Of a stretch of 64,000 bases of DNA, positions 35,201 through 42,541 are shown piece by piece (the first letter of the stretch is position 1; every line of letters starts with the position of its first letter). Below the pieces are notes generated by a model. That model was given only the letters and a program-made list of their open reading frames with translations. It searched no databases and had not been told where the DNA came from. A program made the translations under genes and the position numbers. The stretch comes from Candidatus Poseidoniaceae archaeon (GTDB taxonomy: Archaea > Thermoplasmatota > Poseidoniia > Poseidoniales > Poseidoniaceae), in the NCBI GenBank assembly GCA_964218365.1, contig CAXPMI010000031.1, positions 9,940 through 73,939 of the forward strand, read 5' to 3'.

Positions 35201-37931
35201 TCCAATTATTTGAACCAGTGAATGACGAACCAATCCATCTCCTGTTCTCTAATTCCCAGCCATCTGGCATTCCATCCCCATCAGAATCAGGGTTGGTTGC
35301 GTCGGTACCAGAATCGATACCCAGAGATTGAAGATATGTGTTGTTTGCAGCAAGACCTGCAGCATCATCACACACGTGTACGAAATCGTATTGGTTAGTG
35401 TAGTGGCAATTCAACGGAGTTACTTCATGAAATAGCCCGAAATATTCCGCTCCATCACCAACTCCGTCACCATCTGTATCAACAACTCTAGGGTCAGTTG
35501 CATTGTAACCATTTGCGGTTGTAGCAGTATATCTGAACTCATCCAAATTCCTCCACAGTCTTTCGTTGATAGGGTCACTATCTAGATTGACACCATCTGC
35601 ATCAGCGTCTAGAAGCGCATCCCATGGATCAGTTGGGTCTAGACCGTACCTAACTTCCCAACCATCCAACATCCCATCTGCATCTGAATCATTTGCCATT
35701 GGATCCATCAGTTCTAGATTCGAGAATTTTCCAGGTCCAATTCCAACAAATATCTTGTCAACTCCTTCTACCTGATAGACTATTGCTGCTGAAATGTAAC
35801 CCGGGATCCACTCCTGGTTTGTCATTCCATAAACTGCAGCATATCCGCCATTTATCGACCACAGACCCCATGCAGAACCGACTATGAGTTCGTTCCCGGT
35901 AGAATAAATCGAGGAAATATCGTTAGCAAAGTCGACTGTTTCACCGTCTATACCTTGATGTTCTAAGTCACCGCCAAAAGTGATTAGTCCAGAAAGAAGG
36001 TCATATCGGTGCAAACCTGAAGGGGTTCCTATCCAAACAACTTGCTCTTGACCGCCTTCTGGCCCGTCACCGAGTAGAGCGTTGACGTGTGCTGGATTTT
36101 TATCAACTTCAGCGCCTATAGTTCTGAGTTCATCAATATCCGTCGCAATTAGAGTTGGTTCTGGAGAGAAGTAGAATCTCCAGTTAGGTGTTGCTGCATC
36201 TCTAGCAGTATTTGTCTCGACAGTCAGTAGTCCTACATCTGTTCCAATGAATAAGGTCAGAGAACCACCGGTTGCATCTACATGTGCGATAGAGGTGACT
36301 GTAGCGTTCCCAGTGTTGAGTGCGTTTGTTATACCAGTTCCAACACTTAGTTGGGAAACAGAAATCTCATTGATTTGGAAAACAGAACCAAATCCAGAGT
36401 ATCCTAGGGCCAGGACGTAATCATCCCCTCCATCTGCAATCAACTGCGCACCAGCTGAATACCTTCCGGGATAGAATTCCCATTGGGTGATTGGCTCGAT
36501 TACTGCCTCGCTATATTCTGCTATCCAAACTCCAGCTTCAGTAACCATAACTACATGATTCTCTAAGATAATCATGTCATGTAAATCGTGCCCTTGGGGT
36601 AATTCGTAATCGGTAGAAACATCGTTATCGAAGTCGATTATTGAAATTCCTAACTTAGTACCCACCCACAATCTTTCACCGTCATCATGGAATCCTCTTA
36701 TGTCATGGTGTATTACTGAGACATCTTCTTCATCAGCTTCTTGTGATAGAAGATACTCTGTGTAAGTACCCTCAGTCGCACTAAGATCTGCAGACCTCAT
36801 TCCTGATTTCACCATGTTTCCATCGTCTAAATGCACAAAGTATTCTTCAAGAGTGGACAATTGTTCACCTAGGGCTAATGCTTCTTCGGAACGTTGTAAA
36901 TCAAGACTTATGATCCCATCTCTGTTGGTATCCCAACCATCGTTATCTAAGTCAATCAACGCGTTGGACCGATTTAGAGGGTCTAGTCCAAAGTGAATTT
37001 CCCAACCATCTGGGATTCCATCCCCGCTAGATGGGAATAAACGACGATGCTTTACACCGTCGTAATTGAATCTGTCACTATCTTCTTCAATTGGGTTGGT
37101 ACCAAGCCAAACATATTCATCGATAACCCCATCCGTGCCATTTCTAGCACAAGCATCAAGGATATTAGTTAGTTTGGTTGAATTAATGTTTTCTGAAATA
37201 AAAGGCCATTCATTCAATGGCGATGCACCTGGATTTGGTGCATGACATCTAAGCCCATCCAGTTCATTTGTCCAATTTGTAGGTGCACCAAAGAGGTATT
37301 CCTCAGGAGAGGTTAGTAACTCACTCACACTCATGAATCCATCTCGGTTTACATCGAATCCGTCGTCATCAGGATCTAAATCAGCATCACTGGCGTTCAA
37401 TGGGTCAAACATTTCACAGACGTATCGCTTTTCTTCGGTATCAAATCCACCGAGTTTTTCGCACATGTGTGCTTCATAGCCATCCGGCATTCCGTCTCCA
37501 TCGGTATCTGCAACTCTTGGGTCGAGGTACCAACGTTCACCAGACTCGTTGATTACTCCTGTAAGGCCTCTAGTAAATCCGGGGTCAACACATTCTGCTG
37601 GATAAGGCCAACAATATTCTTCCGTAGCATTCAGCCCATCGAGGTCTATATCGATGTAAGCGTCAGAAGCATCATCTCTGTCCATCCCTTTCATGACTAC
37701 AGCCCTATTATCTGGAGAAGAGAAGTTTATCCAGTCGCTGAACAAGTTCTCGTGCACATCGGGAATATTGTCTCCGTCTGAATCTGTAGCAGGAGGCCTC
37801 TCACCTTCCGTAAAATTAGGATTAGTAGTACCTACATTGGAGATAGCAGGTAATTGTGAAACAAAGAACAAACCTAGGACAACAAGAATAGTCATGAGAA
37901 GCGTTGATTGAGAGCGTCGCATTGTCATCAC
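32244..37931 (-). CDS. Giant secreted protein (1895 aa) carrying more than 12 thrombospondin-type-3-like calcium-binding repeats (D-x-D-x-D-G-x-P-D-G-[WY]-E) and beta-propeller-like regions.
   Basis: Signal MMTMRRSQSTLLMTILVVLGLFFVSQLPA. Repeated DTDGDGMPDGYE, DSDGDGMPDGWE, DSDGDGLPDGWE, DSDSDGMPDGWE, DTDGDGFLDGLE, DTDDDGMIDGYE, DSDQDGIDDGWE and others. There is no C-terminal TM. Confidence 0.85.
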   Translation of the reverse strand: MMTMRRSQSTLLMTILVVLGLFFVSQLPAISNVGTTNPNFTEGERPPATDSDGDNIPDVHENLFSDWINFSSPDNRAVVMKGMDRDDASDAYIDIDLDGLNATEEYCWPYPAECVDPGFTRGLTGVINESGERWYLDPRVADTDGDGMPDGYEAHMCEKLGGFDTEEKRYVCEMFDPLNASDADLDPDDDGFDVNRDGFMSVSELLTSPEEYLFGAPTNWTNELDGLRCHAPNPGASPLNEWPFISENINSTKLTNILDACARNGTDGVIDEYVWLGTNPIEEDSDRFNYDGVKHRRLFPSSGDGIPDGWEIHFGLDPLNRSNALIDLDNDGWDTNRDGIISLDLQRSEEALALGEQLSTLEEYFVHLDDGNMVKSGMRSADLSATEGTYTEYLLSQEADEEDVSVIHHDIRGFHDDGERLWVGTKLGISIIDFDNDVSTDYELPQGHDLHDMIILENHVVMVTEAGVWIAEYSEAVIEPITQWEFYPGRYSAGAQLIADGGDDYVLALGYSGFGSVFQINEISVSQLSVGTGITNALNTGNATVTSIAHVDATGGSLTLFIGTDVGLLTVETNTARDAATPNWRFYFSPEPTLIATDIDELRTIGAEVDKNPAHVNALLGDGPEGGQEQVVWIGTPSGLHRYDLLSGLITFGGDLEHQGIDGETVDFANDISSIYSTGNELIVGSAWGLWSINGGYAAVYGMTNQEWIPGYISAAIVYQVEGVDKIFVGIGPGKFSNLELMDPMANDSDADGMLDGWEVRYGLDPTDPWDALLDADADGVNLDSDPINERLWRNLDEFRYTATTANGYNATDPRVVDTDGDGVGDGAEYFGLFHEVTPLNCHYTNQYDFVHVCDDAAGLAANNTYLQSLGIDSGTDATNPDSDGDGMPDGWELENRRWIGSSFTGSNNWTMDPSDPNDAEWDADGDGLTNLCEYQWSLVKDSGLIGDLLESHFETEAAVELWAEPDPNNRDSDGDGLPDGWEARGACTWDVSRVGINPLNGSDAFENPDGDGYDINHNGIIEENEAFVNWLEYNIRDDLFDGNMTLDGEVLPNNFSTDLFRNISDWGAPEDNFGDGILTGDPTDADSDSDGMPDGWEIWYARWELLDSKWSLDPLNSNDRWDDSDDDGMSNWEEYNSISPELSETNANRTSPQWYVTTIGSGYTLQQWAGITNPESFGSFVGQDIINVSGWTTDPTNPDTDGDGFLDGLELMFTAWNDTAQTWTLNPLVPGDGSFDADDDALTDAQEFSLVTTNPENGENHPIDAPLMHIDGDLNDPTQKAQRVYTIILDKGQRGNRHLDEFQEWQSTGVANNFISTLMGITDPTIADTDDDGMIDGYEYWFTKWDLENNRWSMNPLIDSDQWLDSDMDSVDCDRDGNISLEEQFTNKREYESRVYGKFSQRLTTGSGLIGFGDDTIDAYIEEGYTEAEARRAIFNTFSGKDSISAARMAMINSADSNTFNRTLFGITDPTNSDSDQDGIDDGWEFCYAVYGLPDPTTQNHWSTNPVNPFDVNYDPDSDGWYGRTSFDIPAPQGVWENREFTASGDIIQSGIGDLPFTNLMEYLNGTRPDTNDSDYDAVTFNTVLSSGQVISHDRDWNLSDGREVFKYGTNPMDNDTDGDMLPDWYEYEKGWNESNDNFSSRLKIEVQWIDPGTGGACTSSTVSCRPLSQDSGTLSRPELGWTWATFDPRDPLDANEDPDQDGNWDCSGATCEYTAYTNFMEFFAIANPNLDSPDSVRLSGETWDGSPITEWWQFRAFTLGLGENTEDQTNYLSMNKKNIDDLSYALIIDDMDTDFLVLDSGNDVLLCSGDVTDNWDLYYTGSTNRAPAVDLGEHEFGWYLLDLDDDHIAEGSDPLNWDTDGDWLVDWFEVKDDEEDGSRGDSSPIRYDSRNTS

Positions 37932-38112
37932 CTAAGGGCGCGGTAGCACCCATGCAGTTTGTTACTATGGAATCAGCCTTAATAGAGTGATGGAGCAATG
38001 TTCAGACTCAGATTACCTTTGGTAATCTAAAACGATTAAGCAAATCAATAGAAAATGAGAATTTCAAGGGGTGAGTTCAAGGGCCCAACGCGTTGCCGTC
38101 CCTTAGTTCGAG

Positions 38113-38931
38113 ATGTCACTAACATTCACCCACCTTGGGACTGGTAGTCGCGGTAATGCGACTCTAGTAGAGAGTGGTGAGGCAAAAGTACTGATTGACC
38201 AAGGTTTTTCCGGCAAACAACTCGAAACTAGACTTGCGAGGATGGAGATTAAACCGACAGAAATTGATGCGATTGTTCTCACTCACCACCATGGTGACCA
38301 CGGAGGGGGCGCATCAATCGCTCAACGGAGATGGAACATACCGATCTTTTGTAATGACAGGACTGCAACTGCACTAAATCTAGACCTGAAAGGTGTACAA
38401 CTTTTTGAGAGTCTAGAAGCACTCAATTTTGCAGATGACCTAGCACTTTTACCAGTACCAGTACCACATAGCGGTGCAGACAATGTGGCATTCATTGCAA
38501 GTCACAGAGGAGAAAGAGGTGCCGTAATCACAGATTTGGGTTCATGGACTGATGAGTTGGTTAATCATGTTGCAGGATGCCAACACATCTCAATAGAAGC
38601 TAATTATGACCATAACAGGTTGTGGAACGGCCCTTATCCAAGACGACTGAAAGACCGCATCGCAGGAAGAGGGGGCCACCTCTCTAATGACCAAACAGGA
38701 CAATTTCTTTCACACGTGGTAGACAAGAACACAAGATCTCTTGTTCTAACACACTTGTCTGAAAAGAACAACGCCCCCCACATTGCTGAATCTACAGTTC
38801 TATACCACATAGACGAGATTTTTGAGGGAGACATTCAGATTTCTCTACAAGATGGTCCTGAATTCTCTCACCACATCGGTCAAACCGAAAGTGAACGTGT
38901 TGCTCGGCGAGGATTAACACTTCGAGGATAA
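38113..38931 (+). CDS. MBL-fold metallo-hydrolase.
   Basis: LTHHHGDHGGG (HxHxDH motif), 272 aa. Confidence 0.85.
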   Translation: MSLTFTHLGTGSRGNATLVESGEAKVLIDQGFSGKQLETRLARMEIKPTEIDAIVLTHHHGDHGGGASIAQRRWNIPIFCNDRTATALNLDLKGVQLFESLEALNFADDLALLPVPVPHSGADNVAFIASHRGERGAVITDLGSWTDELVNHVAGCQHISIEANYDHNRLWNGPYPRRLKDRIAGRGGHLSNDQTGQFLSHVVDKNTRSLVLTHLSEKNNAPHIAESTVLYHIDEIFEGDIQISLQDGPEFSHHIGQTESERVARRGLTLRG

Positions 38932-38946
38932 GCCCTGTAAGGGCTT
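38929..38946 (+). terminator. Hairpin AAGCCC-TGTA-GGGCTT overlapping the MBL stop codon.
   Basis: GGGCTC-family hairpin seen directly. Confidence 0.4.
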
Positions 38947-38991
38947 GGTTTTGGTGAAACCCTAAGAGGGTGGTTCACTCTCTCCTGCACA

Positions 38992-40029
38992 ATGAGGTCA
39001 CAACGCAAGTCCGGAAGTGACCTCGCCGTCAGTGAAGTCATTGGTGTCGTGATGCTGCTTGCGATGGTAATCACAATGATGGGAGGAGTGTTTGTATTTC
39101 TTACCCCATATGTGAATGATTTTCAAGATAATACCGCATGGTCAAACGCAAATGGGATTGCGGAAAGGCTAGACGGAAGAATCGATGTCGTTGCAGGAGC
39201 AAGTGCAGACACCGGACTTAGAACTACAATTCCCTTGACTATGAGCTCGATTTCTCCTATAATAAGTGCAGAAGTATGGACTGTTTCTGCTGATTTGACT
39301 GCGGGAGAGACTGTCACGGTCAATTACATCAATCAAACAACATTCAGTATACTATCGGAAAATGAAACAGCAGACCGTGCGGTAATATGGACAGAAGGTG
39401 GGGAAGTCGAAATATCATTCAATGAAACATACGAAGAAATTTTGATTAAACACAATTTGAGTGTTGCAGACATTTACATTGTAACAGTGTTCGATGGAGA
39501 GAATGAGATACACAAGCATGCAAAGATACCAATTTCAGGATTAATGGTAAAGACCAAAGTTCAGACTGGTGAGCATTCGATTGGACTCCTGAATGATGCT
39601 CGTTACGACAAATTCACTGATGAAACCTGGAGTATAACTTCGTCTCCTGACATGAATATTGAAGAGTTATTTGATGGCACAATGAGAGCTAGTTTGTCTC
39701 TGAGAGACGTAGACACAGTTGGTGCAATTCCAGACGGTAGAAACGCAATCTTCGATATCCGTTCAGAAGGTCCGATTACCCTGTTTAGTGGTGATGCATG
39801 GAATTTCAGATTTACATTTGACTCATCACTAGGACCAACTGTCGCCCCACAGATGACAGAGGGATGGTTAACCGACTACAACCTTCACAGAGCGTCGAAT
39901 ACTCTAGACCAACATAGAGGAATCAGTCCTTGGTTGAGGGCAAGTGGAATCGATGGTATGACAATCGACCACGGCAATTCTGTAATCGATCTTGAAATCG
40001 AATTGCAATTGGTGGAGGTTAGCAGATGA
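38992..40029 (+). CDS. Archaeal type IV pilin-like protein (class III signal peptide), 345 aa.
   Basis: N-terminus MRSQRKSGSDLAVSEVIGVVMLLAMVITMMGGVFVFL. It has a charged n-region, a small residue, then VSE (Glu at +3) and a long hydrophobic helix, as in archaeal prepilins/DUF1628-type pilins. Confidence 0.65.
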   Translation: MRSQRKSGSDLAVSEVIGVVMLLAMVITMMGGVFVFLTPYVNDFQDNTAWSNANGIAERLDGRIDVVAGASADTGLRTTIPLTMSSISPIISAEVWTVSADLTAGETVTVNYINQTTFSILSENETADRAVIWTEGGEVEISFNETYEEILIKHNLSVADIYIVTVFDGENEIHKHAKIPISGLMVKTKVQTGEHSIGLLNDARYDKFTDETWSITSSPDMNIEELFDGTMRASLSLRDVDTVGAIPDGRNAIFDIRSEGPITLFSGDAWNFRFTFDSSLGPTVAPQMTEGWLTDYNLHRASNTLDQHRGISPWLRASGIDGMTIDHGNSVIDLEIELQLVEVSR

Positions 40030-42074
40030 TGCAAAATAACCTCCGCAGGGACGAGGAAGCAGTTAGCGCTGCTGTAGCCACCGTTCTACTCTTTGGAGGA
40101 GTAATTTCAATTATTGGAATTATGCTACTTTCCTTGATGCCAGTTATACAAGAATTAGAAGGTTCTCTCAAGAGAAATGATATGCAAGCCCAAATGGAGA
40201 TAATGGCTCACGAAGTAACATTATTGTCTGAATCCGGATTACCTGGCGACTCTAGTCAAGTCCAACTTATTCCGGTTGATGGTGAATTACGATGGGATAG
40301 ACTCAGAGGAGGAATGTGGTATTCTGCATCTTGGTATGAAGGTGATACTTTCAGAATCCAAGGGGCTCTAGACTTGGACCGAAATATCGACGTAAGGCAT
40401 GCCGAAAGCAATGTACAGGCGATTTGCTATGAAGATATGAGACTAGGTCCAGACAGACCATTCATATTCTCCCCAAATAATCAAACCGATACAATACTAG
40501 TAACACCTAAACATGGTTTGACAATACCCCTCGGTCCTGTTGAAATTGAACACGCAGGAATAGAGCACTCTCTTTCGATAGGAGAGGTTATGAGTTTAGA
40601 TTCAAACCACCAAATCAAATCAAGTCATGATTTGGTTGGCTTACAGATAAGAGGGGATTCGGGAGTTGCACTTATGCCACCTTCCAAGGCAAATCCCTCA
40701 ACTGGTAAGGGGCAACATTGGGCAATTCCTCTACCAGTGGGAGAAACTACAATCGAAGTCTTCGCAGACGATGACATCCTCGTTCAATGGCAGACTCTAA
40801 CTGAATCTGGGCAAGAAGCAATACCCCAAACCACAGCTGTTAGAATAGCAAACTCATGGACAAAAACATTCAATCTATCAGAGATTAGTTTAGTGGAGAT
40901 AGTTACTGACGTCGATGCTCATCTGATTATTTCTCATGGCAATTCTGGTAAAACCTCACTGTTGGGAGAAGAGGGGAATTATCTCTCTAAGCACTTCATA
41001 GCGCCTTCGCAATCTGGGAATTTATCGTTCTCTAATCCGAGTCAAAATGCTGCAACAATTACATGGAAAAATGGCGGCATATCTGTACCTGCCAACCAAA
41101 CCATAGAAGTTGAGTGGCCTCCATCTAATATCGATAGTGCTGCGATCTTAGAAAGTAGCGAGAATGTTCTCGTTCAGTGGAAACTAAATGACAAAGGAAT
41201 GACATTCTTACCTGCAACCGACACAGGTCAAATCACTGGACTAGATTTCATTGAAGATAATTCACAGACGATTATCAACCATTCTTCTGAATATGGTGAC
41301 TATCAATCAAAATTGGCAAAAGATGGGAATTCGGGAATTCTTGCGCTAGAGGATGATGGAGCTATGCGCTGTGTCGCAATAGACCAGACTGCATCCGGAT
41401 GGATTTCAACTACCCTGCCGTGGAAATCAATGAATGGTATACCCGAAGGGCAGATCATCACTGCTTGGAGAAATGGAGATCACCCCGCAAGTATTGAGAT
41501 AACTTTGATTGGGACAGAAGGAGATGCAACTCACGCTAACTTAGCAACAGCATGGGCATTCCATATATCGAGATTAACATACGAATTTGATACCTCGATT
41601 ACAGGCCTTGAAGTTGCATGGTCTGCCGGTGCAATTGTTACAAATCATCCCGAGTTAGATCCTACAATATTAGTTGGACCAACAGACAGACAGGGCCCAG
41701 GGCCAAGGTTCAGTGCAACAATACCTTCGATGCACCCTACTCAAACATCAGTTACTGGTAGCGGGATAATGAACCTTGATATCGAACTATCAATGAGAGA
41801 AAGTCTTGCCTCTACAACAGCCTATGATGTGAGGAGAGGGTGGGTAGGTCCGTATGGAGATGCGGTTGCTTCTTGGGCAAGTACAAGCCTAGAGACTTCC
41901 GAAGACTGGATAGTTAATCCCGGAAGAATTGACTTGCTTACAGACTATGTTGGTTGGGTCCCTGTTCCTACAGTTGGACCTAGTGAAGCCGTATGGCATA
42001 CAGCAGGTCAGCCAATACAGTTCAATCTGCAAATTAGCAGCCTAGATGTTGAAATTTCGGAGGCGGGGTCATGA
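40026..42074 (+). CDS. Archaeal type IV pilin-like protein, large (682 aa).
   Basis: N-terminus MMQNNLRRDEEAVSAAVATVLLFGGVISIIGIMLL. Its start overlaps the upstream stop (ATGA), which suggests an operon. Confidence 0.65.
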   Translation: MMQNNLRRDEEAVSAAVATVLLFGGVISIIGIMLLSLMPVIQELEGSLKRNDMQAQMEIMAHEVTLLSESGLPGDSSQVQLIPVDGELRWDRLRGGMWYSASWYEGDTFRIQGALDLDRNIDVRHAESNVQAICYEDMRLGPDRPFIFSPNNQTDTILVTPKHGLTIPLGPVEIEHAGIEHSLSIGEVMSLDSNHQIKSSHDLVGLQIRGDSGVALMPPSKANPSTGKGQHWAIPLPVGETTIEVFADDDILVQWQTLTESGQEAIPQTTAVRIANSWTKTFNLSEISLVEIVTDVDAHLIISHGNSGKTSLLGEEGNYLSKHFIAPSQSGNLSFSNPSQNAATITWKNGGISVPANQTIEVEWPPSNIDSAAILESSENVLVQWKLNDKGMTFLPATDTGQITGLDFIEDNSQTIINHSSEYGDYQSKLAKDGNSGILALEDDGAMRCVAIDQTASGWISTTLPWKSMNGIPEGQIITAWRNGDHPASIEITLIGTEGDATHANLATAWAFHISRLTYEFDTSITGLEVAWSAGAIVTNHPELDPTILVGPTDRQGPGPRFSATIPSMHPTQTSVTGSGIMNLDIELSMRESLASTTAYDVRRGWVGPYGDAVASWASTSLETSEDWIVNPGRIDLLTDYVGWVPVPTVGPSEAVWHTAGQPIQFNLQISSLDVEISEAGS

Positions 42075-42541
42075 CAAATAGATTGGTCGATGACGAATCT
42101 GGAGCTAGCACTGAACTTGGCTACATTTTCACATTCATGCTCGGAGTATTGTTCCTCTCAATGTTTAGTGTCTGGGCGTTTGGCTTAGAAACGTCAACTA
42201 GGGAGAACTGGAATAGAACTGCTGTAGATGTTAACATGGCAGATATTGCTGCTGCGGTTGAAAGGGCCGATATGGCAAGCAGAGAAGACTCTAGTGTGAG
42301 TTACGCAGAAGTAGTGACATGGAGATTAACCGAAGCAGACGAGACCGACTTTGTTCTCACCTTGGATGACACTGGACTATCACTCGATCATAGCGAGAAT
42401 GAACTGGACAGAGAAGTTTCGATATCTGGAACGGGATATGGTACATATGATGGAAGAATCAATCTTTCAGGGACTGCAGAGATTTGGGTCGTTTACCACG
42501 AAGGTGTGACCTATCTCTCAACAACTAGACCAGATTTCTGA
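42071..42541 (+). CDS. Archaeal type IV pilin-like protein, small (156 aa).
   Basis: N-terminus MTNRLVDDESGASTELGYIFTFMLGVLFLSMF (DDxxGxSTE plus hydrophobic). Its start overlaps the upstream stop. Confidence 0.6.
   Translation: MTNRLVDDESGASTELGYIFTFMLGVLFLSMFSVWAFGLETSTRENWNRTAVDVNMADIAAAVERADMASREDSSVSYAEVVTWRLTEADETDFVLTLDDTGLSLDHSENELDREVSISGTGYGTYDGRINLSGTAEIWVVYHEGVTYLSTTRPDF

Noticed and set aside
32244-37931. Possibility that the DTDGDG...DGWE units represent a recent DNA tandem repeat or assembly-collapsed repeat.
   Set aside because: The units are separated by long unique segments and differ substantially at nucleotide level, so they are ancient protein-level repeats. Collapse is still checkable with long reads.
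37932-38112. 181-bp intergenic region inspected for a tRNA or small RNA gene.
   Set aside because: No cloverleaf-like arm complementarity or conserved T-loop (GTTCRANYC) is visible. Only a tRNA/ncRNA scanner could exclude small RNAs for certain.
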